From the NCBI RefSeq assembly GCF_006345805.1, contig NC_043002.1:84072001-84136000 (forward strand): DNA of 64,000 bases. Reading direction: 5' to 3'. A program made the position numbers and the translations under genes. The notes beneath the pieces are model-generated. The model did not search any database. It saw nothing but the letters and a program-made list of their open reading frames with translations, and had not been told where the DNA came from. Shown piece by piece: positions 1 through 12,129 of the stretch (positions are counted from its first letter, which is position 1; each line of letters begins with the position of its first letter). This stretch comes from Octopus sinensis. Its lineage: Eukaryota.

Positions 1-108
1 AATATGCTGAAAAAATATAATAAAGTAAAATGCTTTAATTATTTTAAATAAAAACTAGAATGGTGTGTAACATCTGGGACACCCTGTATATATAATACAA
101 AGTAGAGG

Positions 109-825
109 AATTCCCAAACGCATAAGTGAAGATATTCAATCAATGCATTTGAATCAGATATATTTACATACACCAACATAAATCATGCATGTATAGGCAT
201 AAAGATTCTCCAAGGGTAGAAAGAGTACAACCAAACATACATAAATATATAGGAGAGATATAAAAGCATATAAAAATACATATAAAATCACATATGAATA
301 AGGATTACCTGTATAAAGTTATGCGTGATAAATATACAAGGTACAAAATGAATGAGAGTACGTCATCTTGATGATGGGGACATCACATATATGTACTCCT
401 GAAACAGCCGTAGATGGAACACCCTCCTATTTTTCGGATCCTTTATATTTATTTTTCTTAACCTTGGTATCTTGTGTCACTTTTATCTCATATCTTAGAT
501 GTCTTAGAAATTTTAGACGATTTAGGTGATCTGCCATTTTGAAGATTGCCATTTTTATTTCTATATTTATCAATCCCCCCATTCGCTTTGTGCCTCCTAT
601 ATTTATCACGCATGGCTTTATACATGTAATCCTTATTCATATGTGATTTTATATGTATTTTTATATGCTTTTATATCTCTCCTATATATTTATGTATATT
701 TGGTTTTACTCTTTCGACCCTTGGAAAATCTGTATGCCTGTACATGCATGATTTATGTTGATGTGTGTAAATATATATGATTTAATTGCATTGATTGAAT
801 ATCTTCATTTATGTGTTCAGGAATT
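109..825. mobile_element. ~250-bp inverted repeat pair, probable Penelope-type pseudo-LTRs
   Basis: 109-~358 is the reverse complement of ~575-825 (e.g. atgcgtgataaatat / atatttatcacgcat); hammerhead motif follows the left arm. Confidence 0.7.
364..416 (+). ncRNA. Degenerate type I minimal hammerhead ribozyme
   Basis: Stem I CATC/GATG, core TTGATGA (C3 to T), stem II GGGGACAT/ATGT(A)CTCC, GAAA, stem III AC-AGCC-GT, cleavage triplet GTA. Confidence 0.65.
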
Positions 826-969
826 TGGTTGACTGCCTAGGGTTTGTGTTTTTATTTTCCTTTACTTTTTATTATTTTGTATTGGCTCTTTACAATCACT
901 CCATAAATAGCCCATACTTTCTATAACATACTTAATATTATATATTTATATAGATATACACATATATAT

Positions 970-1127
970 GAGAGGCTTCTTTCAGTTTCCATCTACCAAA
1001 TCCACTCACAAGGCTTTAGTCAGCCTGAGGCTATAGAAGACACTTGCCCAAAGTGCCATGCAGTAGGACTGAACCTGGAACCATGTGCTTGGGAAGCAAG
1101 CATCTTACCACACAGCCATGCCTGCAT
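970..1127 (-). mobile_element. tRNA-derived CORE-like SINE
   Basis: Minus strand reads GGCTGTGTGG...GGTTCAGTCC...TTGGGCAAGTGTCTT (A-box, B-box, CORE-like). Related copies at ~7880-8022(-), 11059-11218(+), 21327-21432(+), 40262-40414(-), 53350-53505(-), 57525-57672(-), 58725-58806(-). Confidence 0.75.
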
Positions 1128-1677
1128 TTATAGAAGAAAAAAAAGAATATTTGTTCTGGATTTTTGTGTTCGAAGTTCAGACCCTACCAAAGCCTATTTG
1201 GGTTGAAAACAATCTGTCACCCAGTTTAGTGCCACCACCTTGTTGCAGGCTTTTGGACTAGATTTCCAGTTTGATTATCCCTTCTCTCTCTTCCTCTTCC
1301 ACCAATTCTTGGAAGCCCTTTGAAAGGTCATGGGTGTTGATATCTATCCTGACTAGAAAATATTTAAAAAAAAAAAATGTGGACGACATCTTATTATTTA
1401 ATTTTTATATAAATTCTTTTCTGTCCCAGAATTGAACAAACTGTGTACATCATCTGTGAGAAAAACAAAAGGAAAAGTGGGTTGAATGCAACTAGTGTAT
1501 TTAGGTGAAGGTTGTATTGAATTAACTATCAGCAAGGAATAGAGGCCATTGTAGAGAGAACAGTCTAACTGGGCCAGCTGGTGTTGTTTAGTTCTTAGTT
1601 AAACCTAATCAAAATGATCTATGTCAAAAGGCATTCCTGCTGTGTGTGTGTGGTTTTTTTTTTTTTTTTCTGAAATA

Positions 1678-3472
1678 TCAGGTCATTAAGAATGACATGT
1701 CAGATTTTCTTCTGCACCAAGTTTGACAGTCATTAGCTCTAATGTTTTATATTGACAATTCTTTGTTTTACAACATTTAGTCAGCCTGAGGCTATAGTAG
1801 AAGGCACTTGCTCAAAGTGTCATGCAGTAGGACTGAACCTGGAACCATGGCATCACTTTGTCTCCAACAATTCGGTGCGACACCAGTGCAGAATCACCTC
1901 CCTCCGACAAGTCATCCTAACGAGACGTCTGCATTGGCTGGGTCATGCCCTCCGTCGTCAACCAGAATTCATCTACGAGGCAATTGCCCCAGCTCCCCTT
2001 CAGGGTTGGCGAAAGCGTCGTGGTGGACAACGAAAAACCTGGCTGATGACGGTCAAGGCTGTTCTGGAACCCAACCTAGGCCCCCATATCTATGGTGTTC
2101 GCCACTGGAATAAGGAGTGGTTGGAGATCACGCGGTCGTTAGCCTCAAATCACCAGGCCTGGTCGGCATTTGTGAGAGATGCAGCATTGAGGATAAATGA
2201 AGCCTTGGTGAATGCTGTAAGAAGAAGAAGAAGAAGAAGTTTTACAACATTGAAGAGTTACATCATCACTTTTCGAAATGCAATTCATGGTGTCTGATCA
2301 TATTGTGAGTTTTCTCTTGTAAATCAATTTTTGTGAACCCATGGATAGATAAAAAAATTCGTGTTGTTTATGTATATGAGTACTATCATGGAACCAATGC
2401 ATCCCAGACAGCTCGATATATCAATGAGATGCTTGGTGAAGATGTGGCACTGTATGTTGATGGTTTGAGAAGTTCTGGTCTGGTGATTTTACTCTTGAAA
2501 ATCAGCCCCATGAAGTTCTGGTCTGGTGATTTTACTCTTGAAAATCAGCCCCATGGTAGACCTGAGACTAAGGTGGATAATGATGAGCTGGAAACTGTAG
2601 TGGAAGTGAATAAATCTCAAACTATGTGTGAGTTAGCAGCAAGGTCTGATGTTTCGATTTCAACTGTATTGGACCATCAGAAATAAACTGGCAAGGTAAA
2701 GAAACTGGACAAGTGGTTACCACACGAACTGAATGCGCATCAAATAACACGTCATCTTGAAACTTGCTGTTCTTTGCTGTCACAGCATAAAAGTGAACCA
2801 TTTTTGCTTCATATTGTTATGTGTGATGAAAAATGGATTCTTTTCAACAATAGCAAGTGTTCTGCGCAGTAGTTGGATAGAGACGAAGTGCCAAAATACA
2901 ATGCGAAAAAAGAATATTCACCAAAAAAAAAAGCTAAGTGTCTGTTTGGTAGTCCAGCACTGGTGTCATCCACTACAGCTTCATGAGAACTGGTAAGTCA
3001 ATTACAGCAGATGTATACATCAACCAACTGGATGAAATGATGAGTAAACATGCAATTAAACAACCGAGATTGGTCAATAGAGACAGGCCAATTCTCTTAC
3101 AAGGCAGTGCTCGATCACATGTTGCACAAAGAACTCTACTCAAGTTACAGGAACTGAACTTGGAAGTACTCTATCCTCTACCATATTCACCAGACCTTGC
3201 ACCATCTGACTATCACGTTTTCCAGGCATTAGACAACTTTTTGCAAGGGAAAAACTTAAAATCTAAAGAAGATGCAAAAACAGCCTTTCGTGATTTCATC
3301 ACCTCTGGCTCTTCAGAATTCTTCGCTGCTGGCATGAATAAACTACCAATAAAATGGCAAAATTGTGTTGATAATTTAGGTGCATACTTTAAATAAATGC
3401 ATTGTTTTTTGTTGAGATAAAGTAAAATAAACTTTCAGTTCAAAATCAGACATTTCATTCTTAATGACCTGA
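1678..3472 (+). mobile_element. Decayed mariner (Tc1/mariner) DNA transposon
   Basis: 31-bp TIRs (1678-1708, 3442-3472; 2 mismatches) flanked by TA; transposase remnants WLPHEL, CDEKW, YSPDLAPSD; second catalytic Asp lost (LQGSARSH), stops, and a perfect 43-bp tandem duplication 2469-2511/2512-2554. Confidence 0.93.
1778..2238 (+). mobile_element. 5'-truncated RTE LINE with a 5' antisense SINE fragment, nested in the mariner
   Basis: 13-bp TSD gttttacaacatt at 1765-1777 and 2239-2251; RRLHWLGH..RRGGQRKTW RT C-terminus; (AAG)n tail. Confidence 0.9.
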
Positions 3473-3666
3473 TAGTTTACCAAAAACAATATTACTAAAA
3501 GGTTAAAGGTCACAGTTTGTTTCTCAAATACATGTTTATGTTGATGTGTTGAATGCTAGCATGTGTAGACAGTACACTGGTGTAATATTTATCTGGATTG
3601 GATATTATTATGTAATAGTTCAAGCTATAGTATAAAATATATAGTAATAATACAAGTTGTAGTTAA

Positions 3667-4109
3667 CCCTTTTGTTACCCTATTTCTGTTGAACTATACC
3701 ATCTTCGTTTCAATTAATTTTGAAAACAATAATAAACTTATTAAACCAACTTTGTCAGTATTAAGCTGGTGCTTGGAACATAAACAACAACAAATTTTGG
3801 GGGATGGTTTTAATTTAGATAACTTTAACCCTCTAGCATTTAAACCAGCCATATATGGCCAAAATAATCTACCTGTTTTATCTTCAAACTGGCCAGATCT
3901 GACCTCTCACACTTACTTTACAATATTATTCTAAAATTAAACAATCACACCAATGAAATCTCAAAGCTACAAGATAATGCATGGCAAATTTTTATCAATG
4001 TGAATAAATAAGCATTACATTTGACAGAAAAATCTGAATGCTGAAGGGTTAAAATAAGAAGTTTGTATCAGAACCAAGGCCAGTTTCAGAAGGGTTGGTA
4101 TCAAAAGGG
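3667..4109. mobile_element. TTAA-type (piggyBac-like) MITE with a second MITE nested inside
   Basis: Ends TTAA-CCCTTTTGTTACC ... GGTATCAAAAGGG; uninterrupted 220-bp relative at 45602-45821. Confidence 0.7.
3829..4048. mobile_element. 220-bp TTAA-type MITE
   Basis: TTAA at 3825-3828 and 4049-4052; CCCT.TAGCATT...AATGCT.AAGGG termini; copies at 30710-30928 and 43862-44071, partial near 44740-44900 and 48500-48660. Confidence 0.75.
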
Positions 4110-4177
4110 TTGTATAACACACAGCTTTCATGAAACTCAGCCTTTATGAATGTCAGGTTTCTATAAGAAGTAATAAA

Positions 4178-4641
4178 ACTCCAACGTCTGGCAGCTGACT
4201 TGGCAGACACTCATAAAATTATCAACCATCTTACAAACAATAACTCTGAGTTACAAACAATAACTCTTACAAACAATAACTCTTTTCAAACTCCACCCGT
4301 CTAACACCCGTGGACATATTTACAAAGTCAGAAAACAGCACAGCTCCCATGACTTTAGGAAACATTTTTTCACGCTGAGAGTTGCTGAAGCATGGAACAA
4401 ACTGCCGGCATCAGTTGTTAGTTGTCAGAGCACTGCATCCTTCAAGACTTCATGCTTTCTGAGATTCGCCAACACTACACCTGATTTTCTCCCCTCCATA
4501 CACACACAAGCATGTATCTGACTCATACATTGTTCGCTTTCCAGACATTTGTACATTACTGCATATACTCTATACGCACTTTCTAACAAGTTGTGGTGCA
4601 CCTGAGCACTGTATACAATAATTTCATTATTATTATTATTA
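4178..4641 (+). mobile_element. CR1-type LINE 3' end
   Basis: LQRLAADL..KII...TRGHIYKV...FFTLRVAEAWNKLP followed by a 3' UTR and a (TTA)n tail. Confidence 0.8.
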
Positions 4642-4995
4642 ATAGACCCCCCACCACACATACACATATGTAAAATGTGTGATAGTTTGAGCTGTGTATT
4701 TGTTAATGAGTTAAGGGGTTTACTGTTTGTTTTTGTTGTTGAGATAAGTTATGTCTGTGGTTGAAAGAAACTAAGTTGTCCAGTCCCTGTTCAATGAATA
4801 TGTGCACACTTGGGACATTTTGGTGTAACATAGACAATAAATAAAGGAAAAGTGGGAAATGTTATTAACTCAGGAGCAAGAGTATTTTGAAGAGACAGCT
4901 AGCAAGTTGTTGATGTTAAGAGAGGAATATTGGGTAGATGTGATAAATTAAATATGTAACCGTTTCCTAGTCATACAGCATGAGCTGTTGTTTTT

Positions 4996-5372
4996 GGCCT
5001 CCGTGCCAGTGGCACGTAAAATGCACCATCTGATTGTGGCCGTTGCCAGCCTTGTCTGGCCCCTGTGCCGGTGGCACGTAAAAAGCACCATCTGATCATA
5101 GCCGTTTGGCAGCCTCATCTGGCCCCTGTGCCGGTGGCACGTAAAAAGCACCATCTGATCGTGGCCGTTTGCCAGCCTCGTCTGGCACCTGTGCAGGTGG
5201 CACGTAAAAAGCACCCACTACACACATGGAGTGGTTGGCGTTATAAAGGGCATCCAGCCGTAGAAACATTGCCAGATCAGACTTGGCGCAGCCTTCTGGC
5301 TTCCCAGACCCCAGTTGAACCGTCCAACCCATGCTAGCATGGAAAACGGACGTTAAACAATGATGATGATGA
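4996..5372 (+). mobile_element. RTE-family 3' UTR fragment with ~60-bp tandem array and (GAT)n tail
   Basis: About four GGCACGTAAAAAGCACC units, then the conserved ~190-nt tail ending cgttaaac(gat)n. Confidence 0.85.
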
Positions 5373-5684
5373 AGGCAGGTAAGAAATGAATCTCTTCTTG
5401 AATAGGATTCTGGTCCATCTCAGGGCTGCTTTATTTTTGTCTCTTGAAAATATATATTATCCTTCCATATTTACACAACATTTATGTATGCGTTTGCATG
5501 TGTGTCTGTGCTTCACACGAAAGCATTGACCTAAAAAAAAAAAAAACTGGTGTTTTTTAACATTCTCTGTCAAAAAAATCTCCTAACTCTGTACATCCAA
5601 AGATGAGATGAATGGGGGATAAAAAATTACTTGAAAGACAAATAAGGGTCAACAATAATAAGAGCACCTGGCTGGACTGTATAA

Positions 5685-6141
5685 CATCATCATCGTTTAA
5701 CGTCCGCTTTCCATGCTAGCATGGGTTGGACGATTCGACTGGGGTCTGGGAAACCAGGAGGCTGCACTAGGCCCAGCCTGATCTGGCAGTGTTTCTACAG
5801 CTGGATGCCCTTCCTAACTCCAACCACTCCGTGAGTGTAGTGGGTGCTTTTTATGTGCCAGGCAAGGCTAGCAACAGCCACGATCGGTTGGCGCTTTTTA
5901 CGTGCCGCTGGCAATGGCCACGTTCCGATGGTTCTTTTACATGCCACCAGCACTGGTATCACAACTACAATTTCCATTGATTTTTAAGCGATTTCGATTT
6001 CACTTGCCTCAACAAGTCTTCACAAGCAGTGTTTTGTGTCCCAAGAAGGAAAGGTATGCATAAGTGGGCTGGCTACATCCCAGGTAGAGGCCACGGATTA
6101 TGGTCTCACTTGTCCTGCCAGGTCTTCTCATGCACAGCATG
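5685..6141 (-). mobile_element. RTE LINE 3' end (ORF terminus, UTR, array, tail)
   Basis: Colinear with 49440-50520, including the ..AVHEKTWQDK* ORF end. Confidence 0.85.
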
Positions 6142-6904
6142 TCTTAATAAACATGTATTCATCCAACCGGTGCTAGCATAGAAAATGGATGTCAAATAAA
6201 CGATTGATAAACTATCAATTGATAATCTTTTGTGTAGTAGACTTTCATTACCCTTTTTAACACCATTACTAACTAGGCCTTAGGGTGTCTTTTGCAGAGT
6301 TCATCCAGCTACAAGCATTCAGGCTAGTTTTCTAGAGGGCAGTTTACTCAGATGCCCTGCAAGGAGTATTGGGTGCTGCTTTTCTGTCTTTGATTAAGTA
6401 ATAAAAAAAATAAATAAATCTCAAAGTGTCTGGTATGTATTCCCATCCCAGTGTGATCTAGTTGTTTAATTGTTTGGTTCATGATTAAAGGTTGTGGGTT
6501 CAGTTCTTGGATTGGGCATTGTGTCCTGTCTTTGGGCAAGGCAGTTCATTTCACATTGTTCTAATCTACCCAGCAGTAAATGAGTACTAACCAGGTGTTG
6601 GTACATCTTTTCTGTTCCCTCTACTAACACCTTCTGCAAGTGCTACTGGATCAAGGATGTATAAGAGACCAAGGGGAATAACCTCTGCTTTTTGAAGGTA
6701 GTTGGTCTTGCATCACATCTACTTGGGCACTTCTAATTCACTCGTCTCTCTTTCCATCATCACTCATACTATTTGCACTCAGACCCTGCACTAACCACTT
6801 TGTCTTGTTCTTCCTCCCCATGCTGCATTCTCTCTGGAATTCCCCCTCTGCTCATGTTATTTTCTTTAAGTGTTCAAGAGGAACTGGTCTCAGTGAAATT
6901 CAAG

Positions 6905-7177
6905 AGAACCATCCGATCGTGGCCGTTGCCAGCCTGGCCTGGCCTCCGTACCAGTGGCACGTAAAAAGCACCATCCGATCGTGGCCGTTTGCCAGCCTCG
7001 TCTGGCATGTAAAAAGCACCCACTACACTCATGTAGTGGTTGGCGTTAGGAAGGGCATCCAGCCGTAGAGACATTGCCAGATCAGACTGCGCCTGGTGCA
7101 GCCTTCTGGCTTCCCAGACCCCAGTTGCACCGTCCAACCCATGCCAGCATGGAAAGCGGATGCTGAACGATGATGAT
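6905..7177 (+). mobile_element. RTE-family 3' UTR fragment with tandem array
   Basis: Two array units plus conserved tail. Confidence 0.85.
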
Positions 7178-7476
7178 TGTTCCATAGGCACAACTTCTTC
7201 CTATGACTACACTTGTCTTGGAGGACTGTAAGGGCCATGGGCACAGTCCCTTTTTCCAGAGCAAATCAAAGAAAAATACAAACAACCTTTGTGTTAAAGA
7301 TAATCAACTTTTCCTGTGTTAAAGTTCTTGAGGGTGATACGCAAGAGGAGGTCCCTAATAGACCCAGTTCTTAGAAACTTTGGCTTACTATAATTTTCTT
7401 TTATTCTTTGTCAGCATTGCTACCCGACGTTTTTTTATAAAGTCATTTCTGTTCAGTTCTTTCAGGTTGTGGTCAA

Positions 7477-7564
7477 ATGGCTGAAGTACATGTTATTGGG
7501 CAAATCAGTGGAGCATATGGATTTCCTAGCAGTAGGTTGTTCTGTAAGTTTGGAATACAATCTG
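7477..7564 (+). CDS. B9D2: B9 domain-containing protein 2, coding exon 1 ([30 protein letters not shown])
   Basis: ATG at 7477, 11 nt after an acceptor (ttcag ends 7465), so a non-coding exon lies further upstream; donor G|gtaag after 7564; 88 nt; N-terminus matches the B9D2 family. Confidence 0.95.
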
Positions 7565-8018
7565 GTAAGGTACCCTTTCATTCAATGGTTTCAATTTAAA
7601 TCCATGAAGATTTATGTATATATATAGAAATACATGCATGAGTATGTTTGTGTGTGTGTGTGTATATGTATGTATAAACATTACATATACAGGTGGTGCT
7701 ATTAAGTTAGACATGGCCGAAACCTATCAAAGTATCAAAGTATATGTTTATATATATGTGTGTGTGTGTGTTTATATATATGTGTTTATATATATATATA
7801 TATAATATATATATATATATCCCCCCTCTCTCTCTTTCAGAGAGGCACTGAGCAGCTATACGCACACATACACACACAGCAGTAACTTCCACCTACCGAA
7901 TTCAATCACAAAGCTCCGGTCGGCTCGGGGCTATAGTGGAAGACACCCACCCAAAGTGCCACGCAGTGGGACTGAACCCGAAGCCATATAGCTAGGAAGC
8001 AAGCTCCCTAACCACACA

Positions 8019-8086
<68 letters not shown>

Positions 8087-9249
8087 CACACACATACATC
8101 CGTGTTCCATGTTGGCATGGGTTGGGTGGTTTGACAAAATCCAGAAGGTCCAAGGATTGCATTGCACTCCAGTGTCTGCTTTGGCATGGTTTCTATGGCT
8201 AAATGCCCTTTTCTAAAGCCAGCCAGATTACAGAGCATACTGGGTGCTTTTTTTTTATTGTTATGGCACCAGATCATCATGTAGCTCAGCTGAGTGGGGG
8301 AGTTACAGTAGAAAAGGAGGTAGCTTTGTACTAGGAGATGAAAAACTAGAGAGAGAAGGAAGGGGCAGTACATGACTGCTCATAGTAAACAAAAGTTGAC
8401 GGGAGTAATTGGAGTGGGACTGAAAAAAGACAAAGGAAAAACAAAAATGTCAAGGTGAGCCCTAGAGTAGGGGAACAGATGTAGAGTGAGACAAAGGGCA
8501 GTAGGATAAAGAGAAATGAAATGGTGTGTAGGTGGACATGTTGCAAGAATGTTGAGTGGGGAAAGGGTTTGGAAGAGTGTGGGTCAAGAGAAAGGTATAG
8601 TGTATATGGGGAGAGTGAGCAGTGTATGGTGATAAAGGCAAGTTGATAGGAGAGGGAGCATAGAAGGAAACATGGACATATAAAAAATTATGATGAGGAT
8701 GATAGTGATATGTATAAAACCATCCATATATACGTGTGTGTGTGTGTGATTGGCTTGTGCAGAGTTTTTGTCTTTCACATTCTACCTCCATTGTCAAACC
8801 AAAGGTATGGTAGATGGTACTTGCTCTGTGTGGTGCACACTAGGATCAAGCTCAGTACTAGGTGGCTCAAAAGCAGACTTCTTTACCAGACAGCCATTCC
8901 TGTGTCCATTTTATATAGAATAAAGACTGTATCTATGATTTCATTATTCTTTTCTTTTCTGTTTTGCTTATTTGTTTCCTCTGTCTGTTTTCTTTTTACA
9001 TGCTTTTTCTCAAGCTGACAAAGGACCCTCAGTATGTTTGATTTGCCAGAAATAACTACCAAATTTCCCTCTGATCACACCTGACCAACATTAAAAATTT
9101 GAATGACATACTAGATAATGTAGTCCTAATAACCTTAACATCTCATAAGGAAAAGACTTGAATGTCCTTCATCGCAGCTGGGGTGGATTAGGGCCAACTG
9201 TGGGCTAAACAATCACATGCTTTTTATCGGTCTATACTTTTATTATTCA

Positions 9250-9602
9250 CTAGCACTATGATCCAGCGTTGCCAGGTCATAGTGCTAGTGCATGCATATA
9301 CAGCTGCGTGCATGCGCACATACACGTGAGTACTGTCCAAATCTTCGACCAATCACATACAGCTAGCTGGCATTCAATTGGCGTATCAAATTTTGATTGG
9401 GTTTTGGATAGAAAATTCACAAAAAAGTTACTTCTATTGATTTTTTAATGGCTTTGCGGGGTGACTGGGGAAATGTAAAGATGCGCACGACCACCCTTGG
9501 ACGGTTTTGAATGACCATAGAAAGTGCGAGCCCTCTAACTGAAAAATTGTGGATTTGTATAAAGGGCACACACACAGATATTTTGCTGTTTATATATATA
9601 TT
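9250..9602 (-). mobile_element. Non-autonomous Helitron (minus strand)
   Basis: Minus-strand 3' end hairpin plus CTAG|T at 9253-9249; TATATATA-rich 5' end resembles the 10151 element. Confidence 0.6.
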
Positions 9603-9999
9603 TTTCTTATCTCACTCTCTCCATTGTGAACATATATGCCCTAGCGATCAGGGTGTTTCCCTCACAATTGCCAAATCATGGGTTCGATTCTTAGACCAGG
9701 TAGCCTGTTGTGTTCTTGAGTAAAACACTTCATTTCACTTTGCTTTAGCGCTGTATGGGGACCAGCATGCCGAAGAATAGACCCAGTGCTTCCTCTGCAA
9801 CACATAAATGGCAACTAAAAGGTTCAGGTAGGATTTGCACTCCAGCCTCATAAAACCCCCACAGACCTGTGAGTTGGAGGTTTTGTTGCCTCAGTGGTTG
9901 CAAAGGTATCATCCACCAGAAGTAGTAGGGAATCACCAACAAATGGTGGATGCAGTGATGTACTGTTACAGCACATGCTTCCATGCTACTACTACTGTT

Positions 10000-10020
10000 G
10001 CTGCTGCTGCTGCTGCTGCA

Positions 10021-10082
<62 letters not shown>

Positions 10083-10128
10083 CACCACCACCACCACCAC
10101 CAACACCACTACTACTACTACTACTATC
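10000..10128. repeat. Compound microsatellite (CTG)n(ACT)n(CCA)n
   Basis: Direct reading; ACT tract 10021-10073. Confidence 0.95.
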
Positions 10129-10150
10129 CCCATTGCATGTCCATGTTTAA

Positions 10151-10547
10151 TCTTTATATATAAAAGTGAGGTTGTGTGCTGTCTGTCTCCTACGATTTAG
10201 ATTCCTAACTACTCCCACATTTTGCGGTGCAGTTTAATCAAAACCGAGTATCTTATAGTCGAGATTCATATCGAGCCCTTCTGGGTATTAGCGCGCGTCT
10301 ACGATGAGTCTACGATTTAAAAAAAAATTTACCATCAATTTTTCCCATTTTTAATGCATTTTTGGCATATATAAGGGAAGTAACTCTCTAAAAATTTATT
10401 ATTAAATCTCAGAATGTAAAAAGCTACAGTAACCCCCCCCCCTTTGTGGTTAGCCATATTGAGATGGCTATTATACTTTACATCTCTAAAAATGCTTATA
10501 TAGTTATTTCCCTTACAAACCCGAGCAACGCCGGGCGATACTGCTAG
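10151..10547 (+). mobile_element. Non-autonomous Helitron
   Basis: A|TC start at 10151; 3' hairpin CCCG-AGCAACGC-CGGG then CTAG|T at 10544-10548; no TSD. Confidence 0.85.
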
Positions 10548-10756
10548 TTTTTAATAAACTTTAATTTTATTTTAGGGAGTTGTCTCCCCTGCCCTTCTAA
10601 TTAAGAATTAACACCTGTGCTAATGGCTTCTTTTTTTTTCTCTTCAGTACAGGGTTAATGTTAATTAATTTTTTTTTTTTACCTTTTGCTCTCTATGTAA
10701 TGTATATTAGCAGCATTCTAATGATTTAATAATAATTTTACTTTTATTTACTGTAG

Positions 10757-10882
10757 GCAATGCTTGGAAAGTGTTATCCGGATTAACTGAAGGCCAAACG
10801 CAAGTGGATAATTGCCAAAATGAAGAAGCTGCCTATTGGTCCTATCCACTTGACATCCACTTTACTACAAAAGGTTTACAAG
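10757..10882 (+). CDS. B9D2: B9D2 coding exon 2 ([43 protein letters not shown])
   Basis: ctgtag| acceptor, G|gtaac donor, 126 nt, phase 1-1; EGQTQVD and W..P.DIHF.TKGLQG are B9-domain signatures. Confidence 0.95.
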
Positions 10883-11282
10883 GTAACAACCAACCTTTTA
10901 TTATTGCTAACTTCATTGAATTTAATTTTTTAAAATTATATGCAAATGACAACAAATAAATATGCTGTAATTAGCAACCCATAGAATTATCTGAGTTTAG
11001 TCCTAATTTAAAATTCTTTAATTGTATTTAATTTGTAACAAATGAGTGCGTTTTTATAGGCATCACATTGCTGTGTGGTAAGAAGTTTGCTTCCCAAACG
11101 CGTGGTCTCAGGTTCAGTTCCACTGCATGGTACCATAGGCATGAGTCTTCAACTATAGCCCTGGGTCAGCCAAAGCCTTGTGAGTGAATTTGGTTAATGG
11201 AAACTGAAAGAAACCTGTTTTGTGTGTGTATGTGTTTGTGTGTGTGTGTATATGTGTGGGTGTATGTAAATGTATATGTACA

Positions 11283-11553
11283 TGGCCGATGCCAGTGCCC
11301 CCTGTCTGGCTCCTGTGCAGGTGACACATAAAAAGCACTATCTGAATGTGAATGATACCAGGACCACCTGACTAGCTCTTGTCCCAGTGGCACGTAAAAA
11401 GCACCCACTACACTCTTGGAGTGGTTGGTGTTAGGAAGGGCATCAAGATCATATTGGAGCCTGGCGCAGCTGCTGGCTTTCCAGATCTCAGTCAAACTGT
11501 CCATCCCATGTCAGTATGGAAAATGGACGTTAAATGATGATGATGATGATGAT
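11283..11553 (+). mobile_element. RTE-family 3' UTR fragment
   Basis: Two array units, conserved tail, (GAT)n. Confidence 0.8.
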
Positions 11554-12039
11554 GTGTGTGTTAGTGTCTCCTTGCCTTGACATTGTGTGATAGTTTTTTG
11601 TGAGTGACACTGACATAGAACCAATGCCCTTCATCTCTAATTTTCTGAGACAGACGAGCACAATAACCAAAACAAGTAAAAGACAAAAAATATTTGAAGT
11701 GGAAAAAAATTATTCCTACTGATCATAAAGACAGCTTACAGCTCTACTTATTGAAGTAATAATGTAATTGCATTGTATACGGATATTCAGATTTACAAAC
11801 TGTTGCAATCCTTAACTTAATTTCTCATGGCACCAGCAGACAAAATGGAAAAGGCATTGCCCAGGAAGATAGCAAAGAAGATGTCTCTCTTCTGAGATAT
11901 TTCCATGGGGAAAATATTATCTGACTAGGAAACAGGTGAGGTTGGCTACAGGAAGAGCATCCAGCTCTAGAAAATCCATCTCAACAAGTTCTGTCTAACC
12001 CATGCAAGCATGGAAAAGTGCACATTAAAGCAACGATGT

Positions 12040-12129
12040 TGGTGGTGGTGGTGATGGAAGTAGTGGTAGTGGCGGCGCAGTAGTGGTGGTGGCAGTGGCA
12101 GCAGCAGCAGTGATGATGATGATGATGAT

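Noticed and set aside
4948-7285. Recurrent 60-170 aa ORFs such as MPVARKKHH.. and ..LDALPNANHS..
   Set aside because: They are translations of the RTE UTR array and tail, in several frames and on both strands.
9894-10200. Poly-Thr/Tyr/His/Cys ORFs here and the many IY/YI-repeat ORFs elsewhere
   Set aside because: They are translations of microsatellites.
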